Below, in pieces: positions 7,855 to 16,586 of a stretch of DNA of 26,073 bases. The DNA lies in contig BTUM01000101.1 of the NCBI GenBank assembly GCA_045863235.1, positions 1-26,073 of the forward strand, in the 5' to 3' direction. The stretch comes from Candidatus Xenobia bacterium (lineage in GTDB: Bacteria > Vulcanimicrobiota > Xenobia > Xenobiales > QWHO01). Every line of letters begins with the position of its first letter. The stretch's first letter is position 1. A program made the position numbers and the translations under genes. Under the pieces are notes generated by a model that was not told the DNA's origin, ran no database searches, and saw only the letters and a program-made list of their open reading frames with translations.

Positions 7855-8871
7855 GTGCAGATCACGACCACCCCCTTCCCAACCCGCCCCAGCAACGCCG
7901 CCAGCCGTGCCCCGGTGTCGGGCCATGACGCCGCCACCGTAGAATTGGAGGACCGGCCCGTGCAGGCCGATACCCACTATGAGGACGGGACCCCCCGCTC
8001 CGATCTCTCCACCTATGCCCAGATCCGCACCGGCAGCCCTTCGACCTCGCCCCTGGGCAAGGTGGTGGCTGCAGCCATGCTGGGCGGAGGCCTCTGGACG
8101 GCCGCCAACATCGCCAGTCAGGTGGCTTCGGCCGGCCCGGCCGGAGTCGCCCTGGCTGCGGGCGCGCTGGTAGCGGGCTACGCTGCCGCCGATCTCTCCA
8201 GCGGGATCTTCCATCACTGGGTGGACAACTACCCCACTCCGGAAACCCCCGTGGTGGGCAAGATGGCCAAAGAGTTCCAGGAGCACCACTTCCGCACTTA
8301 TGACCTGCTGGAGGTCTCCTTCCTGGACAATTGCGTCAACGCAGGCCGATTCCTGGCGCCCGTCATGGGCCTGGTGGCCGCGGCCAACCCGCATTACGCG
8401 GTGGCAGCCAGCGCCCTGGCCTTCCTGACGGGTGGCTACCTGGCTCAGGGCTCGCATCGCTGGACCCACATGGAGAACCCGCCCCGCATCGGCAAAGTCT
8501 TGCAGAATCTGGGCCTGGCCCAGAGCAAAAAGAGCCACGCCATGCACCATCGCATGCCCTGGAGCGACTACTACTGCATCGTCAACGGCATGTGGAACCC
8601 GCTCCTGAGCAAAGTCGACTTCTGGCGCAAGCTGGAAAATGTCTACTTCCAGGCCACCGGAGCCGAGCCCAAGTCGTGGCGAGACCAGGGTGTGAAGCAA
8701 TTGGCGCTGGGCCAGATCAGCAAGCAGGAGTTTCTGGCCAACCAGAACGTCAACCGCAAAGCGTTTGGCCAGCTAATCCACCAGGAGCGCGAGTTCTGGC
8801 GCCAGCAGGACCAGGCTCGCCGGCACGAGCTGAGCGCTAACAGCCAGCCCCAACCAGGGCAGCGCCCCTGA
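7855..8871 (+). CDS. Lipid desaturase of the FAD4/CarF/TMEM189 (PEDS1) family with N-terminal extension
   Basis: ADLSSGIFHHWVDNY..PETPVVG, FQEHH, SHRWTH, HAMHHRMP..YCIVNGMWN, FWRKLE..TGAEPKSW: the His-box pattern of this family. GTG 7855 follows AAGGAG. Confidence 0.88.
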   Translation: MQITTTPFPTRPSNAASRAPVSGHDAATVELEDRPVQADTHYEDGTPRSDLSTYAQIRTGSPSTSPLGKVVAAAMLGGGLWTAANIASQVASAGPAGVALAAGALVAGYAAADLSSGIFHHWVDNYPTPETPVVGKMAKEFQEHHFRTYDLLEVSFLDNCVNAGRFLAPVMGLVAAANPHYAVAASALAFLTGGYLAQGSHRWTHMENPPRIGKVLQNLGLAQSKKSHAMHHRMPWSDYYCIVNGMWNPLLSKVDFWRKLENVYFQATGAEPKSWRDQGVKQLALGQISKQEFLANQNVNRKAFGQLIHQEREFWRQQDQARRHELSANSQPQPGQRP

Positions 8872-9885
8872 AGCTTCGGCCGCCGCCAGGCTCACGCGGT
8901 GCCTCCCGGGCTCGCGCCGTGCCTGCCGGGCTCACGAAGGGTCTCCCCGGACCCACGCGATGCCTCCCGGCAAGCGCGGTGCATCCCAGGCTCGCGCTCG
9001 GCCGCGTCCAGGCTCACGCGCTGTTCCTCCCAGGCTCACGCGCTGTGCCTGCCGGGCTCACGCGCGGCGCCTCCCAGGCTCACGCGCTGTGCCTGCCAGG
9101 CTCACGCGCTGTGCCTGCCGGGCTCACGCGCGGTGCCTCCCGGGCTCGCGCGGTGCCTCCCGGGCTCACGCTCCCCGGACCCACGCGATGCCCCCCGGGC
9201 TCGCGCTCGGCTTCCTCCGGGCGGTGCATCCCGGGCTCACGCTCGGCCGCCGCCAGACTCATGCGGTGACTCCCGGGCTCGCACGGTGACTCCCGGGCTC
9301 ACGCGCGGTGCCTCCCGGGCTCGAGCGTGCCCCGGACCCACGCGATGCCTCCAGGGCTCACGCGCTGTGCCTCCCGGGCTCACGATCGGCCGCGCCAGAC
9401 TCATGCGGTGCCTCCCGGGCTCGCGCGTACCTCCCCGGACCCACGCGATGCCTCCCGGGCTCACGCGCGGAGCCTCCCGGGCTCGCGCGGTGCCTCCCGG
9501 GCTCACGCTCGGCCGCCGCCAGACTCATGCGGTGCCTCCCGGGCTCACGCGCGGTGCATCCCGGGCTCACGCTGGGCCGCCGCCAGACTCATGCGGTGAC
9601 TCCCAGGCTCACGGCTCCCCGGACCCACGCGATGCATCCCGGGCTCACACGCGGTGCCTCCCAGGCTCACGCTCGGTGCCTGCCGGGCTCACGCGGGGGC
9701 TGGACCCGCGCGATGCATCCCGGGCTCGCGCGCAGTGCCTCCCAGGCTCACGCCTCGGTGCCTGCCGGGCTCACGCGGGGGCTCCCCGGACCCGCGCGGT
9801 GCCTCCCAGGCTCATGCGGTGACTCCCGGGCTCGCGCAGAGCCTACCGGGCTCACGCGGGTGCTTCCCAGGCTCGCGGGGCGCCT
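8872..9885. repeat. ~1-kb modular short tandem repeat (core ~22 bp) filling the gap between convergent genes
   Basis: Roughly 40-50 variants of GCCTCCCGGGCTCACGCGCGGT interleaved with CTCCCCGGACCCACGCGAT and GCTCGGCCGCCGCCAGACTCATGCGGTG modules. Confidence 0.95.
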
Positions 9886-11832
9886 CTACTTCTTGGCGGT
9901 ATGCACCTCGGCGACCACTCGGAACCCCGTGTAGTTGCTGCCCCGGTCGGGTCGAGCGTGGGCTCGGGCTGCCGAGCGGCAGTTCCAGGCGTAGCTGTAC
10001 CAGCCGCCGCCGCGCAGGACGCGCTCGGTTCCTTTCTCGGGCCCTCGCGGGTCCTTCTCGGTCTTGCCTGAGTACGGGCCGTAGTAGTCCAGGCACCACT
10101 CCTCGACGTTGCCGTGGACGTCGAGCAGGCCAAACAGGTTCGCCGCCCCCGTCTCTCCCACCGGGGCCGCCGACAGCCTGGGCTCGCTCAACACCGGTCC
10201 CTCTCCGTAAGCCTGGGTGGGATTGTAGATGGCGACCTCGGGACTGATGGTGGGCCCGAAGCAGAAGGGAGAGCTGGTGCCGGCCCGGCAGGCATACTCC
10301 CATTCGGCCTCGGTCGGCAGCCTGTAGGTGCGCCCCGAGAGCCGGGAGAGGCGACGGCAAAACTCCAGGGCGTCCTCGTAGCTGACCGAGTCGACCGGAA
10401 GCTGATCTCCGCGCGACTCGGACGGTTCGAGCACCAGGGGGGTCTTCTCCTGAGGAAGCCCGGCCACCGCCTTCCACTGCTCCTGGGTGATCTCGCGCCG
10501 GCCGATGTAGAACGAGCTGAGCTGGACGGTGTGAGGGGGCCCTTCGTGCGGCTCCGACTCGGGCTCGAGCTCGGGAACCCCCATGGTGAAATCGCCGCCC
10601 GGCAACAGAACCATTTCGATGGCCTCCGAGCCCGTCAGTTCCTCGGCGTAGCCCTGGGCCTCCCCGGCTTCGCTCCCGAGGATTCGGCCGGTGTTGTTGA
10701 GGGTTGGAGCCTCGAAGGGCATCGGGTAGAGCGTCAGCGGCGTCACCGAAGGCCCCGGGTCGGGCCTGGGGCCCTTCCAGAGCAAAACCCCCACGACCAG
10801 GACAAAAAGCACCGAAAGGACCACCAGCCCCGCCACCAGGGCCGGGGAAACCCGCCGGGAGGGGGGCAACGGCAGGGGCTCCGGGGCCGGCACGGGCACA
10901 GGCTCGAGCTCGATGGTGCCCTTCTTCTTCTCCGGGCGCTTGAAGGGCTTGATCTCCATCTCGACGGGCTCAGGGTCGGGCGCAGGGGCGGGCTCCTCCT
11001 GCTCCTCGGCCTCGGGAGACTTGCCGTCCAGCCATTCCAGAATCTGGCGCTCGGTCCAACGGGCGGACGGCTCGGGTCGGAAGCAGGCGATGAAGAGCTC
11101 TCGCCAGTCATCCGAGAGCCCCTCGTCGAGGTTGGGGCCCTCCTGCTCGGACCGGTAGGCCAGCTCCGAGGGAGTGGACCCGGCCAGGTGCGCAAACGGA
11201 TGGTGCGAGGTCAGGGCCTCGTGCAGCACGCAGGCCAGGCTCCAGACGTCGGACGCCGGCACGGGTCGACCCAGAACCCCTTCCGGGGCACCGTAGTGCA
11301 GGGTGTCCGAGCCCGCTTCGAGTCGCACCAGGTGCCCCTTGATCCGGGGCAGCTCGTAGTCGGAGAGCTTCCACACCTCCACCGACTGCACCACGTTTCC
11401 GGTGCGAAGCTCACCGTGCACGCGACGATGGATGTGCAGATACTCCAGCGCTTCGGCCAGGCTGCGGGCCAGGTTGCGCACCTCGTTCTCGGGCATCTGG
11501 CGCACCCGGGCCAGGTGACGGCGCAGCGTGTTGTTGCTCAGCTCCACGACGCAGTAAATGCGCCTCTCCTCTTCCTCCAGCTCGCCCAGGGCCTGCATGG
11601 CAACCAGGCCCGGGTGTTTGAGGCCCAGCAGCGATTGCAGCTCCTCATTGACCTCATCGCGCAGGGCGTTGGGCTTGAGCTGGAAGACCTTGACCGCGCA
11701 ACGCCCCACTCCTCGACCCATGGCCAGAATCTCGGCTTCGAAGACCCGGCTGAACTGGCCTGACCCCTGATACTGGGCCAGCCGGAAGCGTCCCTGCAGC
11801 TCGAGCCCGATCAGCTCCTCGGGCTCGATCAC
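9886..11832 (-). CDS. Ser/Thr kinase-like domain (probable pseudokinase) + TM helix + FGE-sulfatase (SUMF1-type) domain
   Basis: GSGQFSRVF, AVKVF, HPGLV, VHGELRTGNV, KLSDYE, YGAPE, SDVWSL; Pro/Glu linker; TM LVAGLVVLSVLFVLVVGVLLW; FTMG, EITQEQW, YRLPTEAEWEYACRAG, NLFGLLDVHGNVEEWC, RVLRGGGW, GFRVV. Confidence 0.9.
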   Translation of the reverse strand: MIEPEELIGLELQGRFRLAQYQGSGQFSRVFEAEILAMGRGVGRCAVKVFQLKPNALRDEVNEELQSLLGLKHPGLVAMQALGELEEEERRIYCVVELSNNTLRRHLARVRQMPENEVRNLARSLAEALEYLHIHRRVHGELRTGNVVQSVEVWKLSDYELPRIKGHLVRLEAGSDTLHYGAPEGVLGRPVPASDVWSLACVLHEALTSHHPFAHLAGSTPSELAYRSEQEGPNLDEGLSDDWRELFIACFRPEPSARWTERQILEWLDGKSPEAEEQEEPAPAPDPEPVEMEIKPFKRPEKKKGTIELEPVPVPAPEPLPLPPSRRVSPALVAGLVVLSVLFVLVVGVLLWKGPRPDPGPSVTPLTLYPMPFEAPTLNNTGRILGSEAGEAQGYAEELTGSEAIEMVLLPGGDFTMGVPELEPESEPHEGPPHTVQLSSFYIGRREITQEQWKAVAGLPQEKTPLVLEPSESRGDQLPVDSVSYEDALEFCRRLSRLSGRTYRLPTEAEWEYACRAGTSSPFCFGPTISPEVAIYNPTQAYGEGPVLSEPRLSAAPVGETGAANLFGLLDVHGNVEEWCLDYYGPYSGKTEKDPRGPEKGTERVLRGGGWYSYAWNCRSAARAHARPDRGSNYTGFRVVAEVHTAKK

Positions 11833-12257
11833 AGCTGCTTTCGCATGCGCCGGTGCTGGATGCCGGCGTCGAGAAAGATTTCGCCCTCGGCGGCGTAGCC
11901 CAGGCGCTCGTAAAAACCGATCACGGCCAACTGGGCATCGAGATAGAGCTCGGAGAGACGCATCTGGCCCGCCTGCTGCTCCAAGAACCGCATCAGCTCG
12001 ACCCCGGTCCCCTGGCCGCGCGCCTGACTCAAGACCGCGACCCGCCCGATCTTGCCCCGCGCTCCGTCGCTGACCAGCCGGGCCGTGCCGAGCAACCGGC
12101 CGTCCTGAAAAGCCATGGCGTGGAGGGCCGAGCCGTCATGCTCGTCGCGCTCGAGCTCGGGAGGCACGCCCTGCTCCTCCACAAAGACCATGTGGCGCAA
12201 CTGCAAGGCCTGCTCGAACTCGGGCTGATCGGCCAGGATCAAACGGCAGGTCACCAT
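11829..12257 (-). CDS. GNAT family N-acetyltransferase (ElaA/YjcF-like)
   Basis: LRHMVFVEEQGVP, GTARL, KIGRVAVL..ARGQGTG, LDAQ..VIGFYERLGY, FLDAGIQHRRM; stop overlaps the kinase start (GTGA). Confidence 0.9.
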   Translation of the reverse strand: MVTCRLILADQPEFEQALQLRHMVFVEEQGVPPELERDEHDGSALHAMAFQDGRLLGTARLVSDGARGKIGRVAVLSQARGQGTGVELMRFLEQQAGQMRLSELYLDAQLAVIGFYERLGYAAEGEIFLDAGIQHRRMRKQL

Positions 12258-12343
12258 GGCCGGCAGCTTTGCCCACCGCGAGGCCAAATCCTACACGGGG
12301 CGGAGGATTCCCGCCCCGGTGGCCGAAAACGCGGGCCGCGAGA

Positions 12344-13135
12344 ATGTACCTCGAAAAGATTCTGAATACGCGTCGGCAGTCGAGCGAATTTCAGTCAGGT
12401 CCGGCCCGCCAGCGCGAATTCGAGCAGGCGGCCGCGGCGGCCGGGCCGGTCCGCGACTTTGCCGCCGCTCTGAAGGCTGGCCCCTGGCCCCGTATCATTG
12501 CCGAGATCAAGCGGGCTTCTCCCTCACGCGGGGTGCTCAACCGCTCCCTCGACCCGGCCGACCTGGCGCGCCGCTATGCGGCCGGGGGAGCTTGCGCCCT
12601 GTCGGTTCTGACCGAAACAGAGCACTTCCAGGGCCGCCCCGATGACCTGAAGTCCGCTCGCCAGGCCGTCGAGCTGCCCGTGCTGCGCAAGGATTTCTTG
12701 CTCGAACCCTGGGAAATCTATGCTTCGCGCGCCATGGGGGCCGACGCCGTGCTGCTCATCGTGGCCGCCCTGAGCGACGAGTTGCTGGCACAGATGCAAT
12801 CACTGGCCAGAAGGTTGGGCATGGCCGCCCTGGTCGAAGTGCATGACGAGGCCGAGCTGGAGCGGGCTCTCCCCCTCAACCCCTCCCTGGTCGGAATCAA
12901 CAACCGCAACCTGACCAGTTTTCAAGTTGACCGGAAAATCTCTCAGAAATTGGGAACTCGCCTGCCCCCCTCGGTCGTCCGGGTCAGCGAGAGTGGGTTC
13001 TTCAGTCGTCTCGAGCTCGAGGAGCTGCCGGAAATGGATGCGTTTCTGGTAGGCGAATCGCTGGTGACGGCAGAAGATCCGGCTCTCGCTTTGCGACGGC
13101 TGCGGGAAGGTCAGGAGAACTCCGTTGAGGCATAG
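12344..13135 (+). CDS. trpC: Indole-3-glycerol phosphate synthase
   Basis: MYLEKIL, IIAEIKRASPSRG, ALSVLTE..HFQG, PVLRKDF, ADAVLLI, LVEVH, GINNRNL, VSESG, FLVGESL. Confidence 0.95.
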   Translation: MYLEKILNTRRQSSEFQSGPARQREFEQAAAAAGPVRDFAAALKAGPWPRIIAEIKRASPSRGVLNRSLDPADLARRYAAGGACALSVLTETEHFQGRPDDLKSARQAVELPVLRKDFLLEPWEIYASRAMGADAVLLIVAALSDELLAQMQSLARRLGMAALVEVHDEAELERALPLNPSLVGINNRNLTSFQVDRKISQKLGTRLPPSVVRVSESGFFSRLELEELPEMDAFLVGESLVTAEDPALALRRLREGQENSVEA

Positions 13136-13141
13136 GAAACG

Positions 13142-15685
13142 ATGTTAGTGGATTACGCTCGCAAGCTTATTGGGAGCTCGGCTCGTCCGGCCGCCTCCGC
13201 AGGCCAGCAGACGGCGCCCGGGGTGACCCGCCTGGCCCTGCGCCTGATCCTGGCCTTCTCGCTGCTGGCCTCCGGCGCACCGGCTCAAGAGCCCGATCAG
13301 CCCCCGCCGGGAGCGCCCAACACCACGGCCGTGCCGGCCCCGACTGTGCCGGCCTCTCAGCCCACCTCCACCCCGGGCTCCCTGCCTCCCCTGGTGTTGC
13401 CGGACATGCCCGACGTCCCCCCCGACCCGGATGAGGACTTCGAACCGACCGAGTTGCCTCCCGACGAGCCTCCTGCCGATGCCACCCGGCCCGCCCCTCT
13501 GACCCCCCGGCCCATGCCGGCCGGCCCACCCGTGGTCAAGGCCAACCTTCCCGTGGGCAATGCCGCCCTGTTCGAGATCCTCTATGACGACAAGCTGGTC
13601 GGTTTCTCGATGTATCAGGTGACCGGCTCCATGGGCCTGGCGGGCGAGCAGTATTACATCCTCGATTCGCGGGGCCGCATCAAGCTGGGCGTGGGAGGGG
13701 TGACCGACACCGTCTTCCAATCCAAGCTGATCGTGGAGAAGAACAGCCTGGAGCCTTCGCTCTTCACCTGCAAGCAGGGCTCAGGCAAAAAGGACGACAT
13801 CTTCGGCCTCGAGTGCGTCTACACCGAGGGAGCCATCGCCCAGACCAACACAGCCGGGAAGATCCAGCAGCAGCACCTGTTCAGCTTCCCTCAGGGCGAA
13901 ACCCCGCGCCTTTTGTTCAACAACCTGTGGGGGGCTCTGGATACTTTCCCCGAGCACTACTGGCTCTTAATCCGCTCGGCCGTCAACGGGGGCGTGCTCA
14001 CGGCTTACGACCCGATCTTGCGCGGCAGCGGGCAGATCGTCGTGTATGCCCCCAAGGTCGAAAAGATCAAGTGGGGCGGCAAGGACGTCAGCACGCGTCT
14101 TTACATGATCACCGACCTCAAGGGCGAGCTGCTGGCCAACGTGCGCGTGTCGGAGCCCAACCTGGAATTGCTGGAGGTCAACGAGATCGGGCGGGGCCTG
14201 ATTCTGCGCAGGGTCTCCGATCCCAAGGTCATCCAGAAGGTGGAGGCCTCCAAAGGGCTCGACCTCTGGCCTCGCAAGGTGCGCGCTTCCAACGTCTTCT
14301 TCCCGGACCCCGAGAAGCTCACGGCCCTGGAGGCCGACGTAGAGATCTCGCTGCGGGGCGGGCAGTTTGCCGATCACAAAGTGCCCGGCTATCGCCAGTA
14401 CTTCACCGGCGAGTTGCGCGAGGGATACATGAAGGGGCGCGTGGTGGTGCGCTCGGTGCCGGTCGAGATCGAACGCCGCACACCCTATCCCTATCGCGAT
14501 GCCGTCCCCGACGACATTGCCCCCTACCTCAAGCCCGGTCCCGGCGTGGAATCGGATTTTTCTCCCATCGTCAACAAGTCGCTCGAGCTGACCTGGAAAG
14601 CCGAGAACACCTACTCGGCGGCCCGCCGGCTTTGCAACTACGTGCAGTCGCAGATCGAGGAGGGGGTCTCGCTGCCCTCGGCCCGCTACGCCCTGGAGAG
14701 CGGCGTGGGCAACCCCGAGAGCAAGGCCCTGGTGCTGGTGGCCATGGCCCGGGCGGCCAAGCTGCCGGCGCGCCGTGTAGGGGGACTGTTGTTCCGTGAC
14801 GGCTCCTTCGTGCCCCATCACTGGGCCGAGATCTGGCTGGGCCCGAACGAGGGCTGGACCCCCTTCGACCCGACCACCCAGGAGCAAGGCCACGTGGGAG
14901 CAAGCCATATCGCGCTCTGGGAGAGCGGCGACGTGCAGAGCCTGGACGTCAAGGTGATCAGTTACGCCCCCCGCGCTCCGAGCAAGGTGGCGTTCTTCAA
15001 CAGCGAGCTGAGCTGGCCGGTAGGTGAGGAGCGAGTCTACACCATCGTCAAGGACGGCCAGAAGATCGGCCAGGAGACGGCCGGCATCACCGAGCTGGTG
15101 GTGCGGGGCGACAAAGAGGGCTACGTCTTCCTGGCCGCCGCCGAGATCAACCAGCAGCAGACGGTGCCCTTCAAGGCCGATTCCGAGCTTTTCGTGGACA
15201 CTCGCGGTCTGCCTCTGGAGTTCAAGCTCCAGGCCATGGAGAACGGCCAGAAGACCATGGAGCAGAGTTTCGCCTTCAGCCGCGACGTGGCCCGACAGGA
15301 GCGCCAGGAGAAGAGCGGACCGGTGGTGCGCGAGGTGCCCTTCTCGCAGGGCACCTACCTGACCGACCAGCGCTTCCTCTCCCAGTGGGCCCTGGTGGTG
15401 GGCCAGACTCCCAAACCCGAATCCGGCAAGACCTACAACGTGGGTGACAAGTACACGTTCCATATCTTCGTTCCCGAAGAGCTGCGGACCCGCGAGATGG
15501 TGCTCGAGGTGCGCGGACAAGAGCCGCTGGCCGGCCCGGACGGCGAGGAGATGCAGGTCTGGAGGCTGGAGTCGGACGGAGGCATGGCCTTCTTCCTCAA
15601 CGAGAAGAACCAGGTGGTCAAGATCGCCATCCCCACCCAGAACCTGGAAGTGGTGCTGCAAGAGACCCGCTTCAAGATGCAGTAA
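13142..15685 (+). CDS. Exported transglutaminase-like domain protein (catalytic Cys apparently absent)
   Basis: Signal-like segment RLALRLILAFSLLASGAPAQ (alternative start GTG 13223); Pro-rich linker; core GVGNPESKALVLVAMARAAKLPARRVGG...HHWAEIW...GWTPFDPT. Confidence 0.8.
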   Translation: MLVDYARKLIGSSARPAASAGQQTAPGVTRLALRLILAFSLLASGAPAQEPDQPPPGAPNTTAVPAPTVPASQPTSTPGSLPPLVLPDMPDVPPDPDEDFEPTELPPDEPPADATRPAPLTPRPMPAGPPVVKANLPVGNAALFEILYDDKLVGFSMYQVTGSMGLAGEQYYILDSRGRIKLGVGGVTDTVFQSKLIVEKNSLEPSLFTCKQGSGKKDDIFGLECVYTEGAIAQTNTAGKIQQQHLFSFPQGETPRLLFNNLWGALDTFPEHYWLLIRSAVNGGVLTAYDPILRGSGQIVVYAPKVEKIKWGGKDVSTRLYMITDLKGELLANVRVSEPNLELLEVNEIGRGLILRRVSDPKVIQKVEASKGLDLWPRKVRASNVFFPDPEKLTALEADVEISLRGGQFADHKVPGYRQYFTGELREGYMKGRVVVRSVPVEIERRTPYPYRDAVPDDIAPYLKPGPGVESDFSPIVNKSLELTWKAENTYSAARRLCNYVQSQIEEGVSLPSARYALESGVGNPESKALVLVAMARAAKLPARRVGGLLFRDGSFVPHHWAEIWLGPNEGWTPFDPTTQEQGHVGASHIALWESGDVQSLDVKVISYAPRAPSKVAFFNSELSWPVGEERVYTIVKDGQKIGQETAGITELVVRGDKEGYVFLAAAEINQQQTVPFKADSELFVDTRGLPLEFKLQAMENGQKTMEQSFAFSRDVARQERQEKSGPVVREVPFSQGTYLTDQRFLSQWALVVGQTPKPESGKTYNVGDKYTFHIFVPEELRTREMVLEVRGQEPLAGPDGEEMQVWRLESDGGMAFFLNEKNQVVKIAIPTQNLEVVLQETRFKMQ

Positions 15686-16368
15686 TGTGCGGCCGCATCA
15701 CGCTTACCGTGAGGCCCGAGCAGCTCATCGAGGAGTTCGGGGTTCAGGAGGTGGACGAGCACTTCGTGCCGCGCTACAACCTGGCTCCCACCCAGGGGGC
15801 CGCGGTCATCTCCGACCACGAGAGCGGCAAGGTCCAGCTCTTTCGCTGGGGGCTGGTGCCTTTCTGGGCCAAAGACCTCAAGATCGGTGCCAAGCTGATC
15901 AATGCCCGCAGCGACAGCGTGGCCTCCAAGCCTGCCTTTCGCAAGTCCTTTGAAGGCAAGCGCTGCCTGATTCTGGCGGACGGCTTCTACGAGTGGAAGA
16001 CGACCGCCGCGCGGCGCAAGCAGCCCTACTTCATCGGCTTGAAGGACCGCCGCCCCTTCGCCTTCGCCGGCCTTTGGGCCAGCTGGCGGCCAGCCGAGGG
16101 TGAGAGCGTGCGCAGTTGCAGCGTGATCACGACGGACGCCAACGCCCTGGTCAGCCGGCTGCACGACCGGATGCCGGTGATCTTGCCCCGAGAGGCCCGC
16201 GCCCTCTGGCTCGACCACAGCACCAGCCCTGAGGTTCTCCAGGACCTGCTGCGACCCTATCCGGCCGAGGGGATGGAGAGCTTTGCCGTGTCCCCCGCGG
16301 TCAACTCTCCGGCCCACGAGGGGCCGGACTGCCTGACCCCGGTGCAGGAGCAGGCCGAGTTGTTCTGA
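15685..16368 (+). CDS. SOS response-associated peptidase (SRAP/YedK/HMCES family, abasic-site protection)
   Basis: N-terminal MCGR, PRYNLAPTQ, WGLVPFW, INARSD, RCLILADGFYEW, AFAGLW, HDRMPVIL; TAATG coupling to the upstream gene. Confidence 0.93.
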   Translation: MCGRITLTVRPEQLIEEFGVQEVDEHFVPRYNLAPTQGAAVISDHESGKVQLFRWGLVPFWAKDLKIGAKLINARSDSVASKPAFRKSFEGKRCLILADGFYEWKTTAARRKQPYFIGLKDRRPFAFAGLWASWRPAEGESVRSCSVITTDANALVSRLHDRMPVILPREARALWLDHSTSPEVLQDLLRPYPAEGMESFAVSPAVNSPAHEGPDCLTPVQEQAELF

Positions 16369-16586
16369 AATCCGCTCCTCGAAGGTGCCGTAGCGACCCT
16401 CAATCTCCGCCATCTTCTGCCCGCAGGTGAGTCGCGTCGGACCGACAGAAGTGCGCTCGCGACGAATTCTCGATGAGAGCTTGTTGCGGGGTGGGATCGC
16501 AGCCGCCCCCTGGACACACGGTTTTCCGGCTGCGCTCTTGGTTTTTGACTACGAAGCCGGGCAGTTCGAGGCTGTTGGAGTACTGA

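Noticed and set aside
9886..10030. Diversity-generating retroelement variable region in the FGE-type C-terminus
   Set aside because: The domain type fits DGR targets, but no template repeat or reverse transcriptase is visible here.
8899..10247. Multiple ORFs (e.g. 8899-9822, 9308-9934) in the short-repeat region
   Set aside because: Open in several frames only because the GC-rich repeat lacks stops; translations are repeat-derived and have no RBS.
10114..11763. Long antisense ORFs (549 aa here; also 13967-15661, 19049-20368, 22141-23538)
   Set aside because: Shadow frames of well-supported genes in high-GC DNA; no recognisable motifs.
12344..13135. trpC outside a trp operon as a novelty
   Set aside because: Dispersed trp genes are common in many bacterial phyla.
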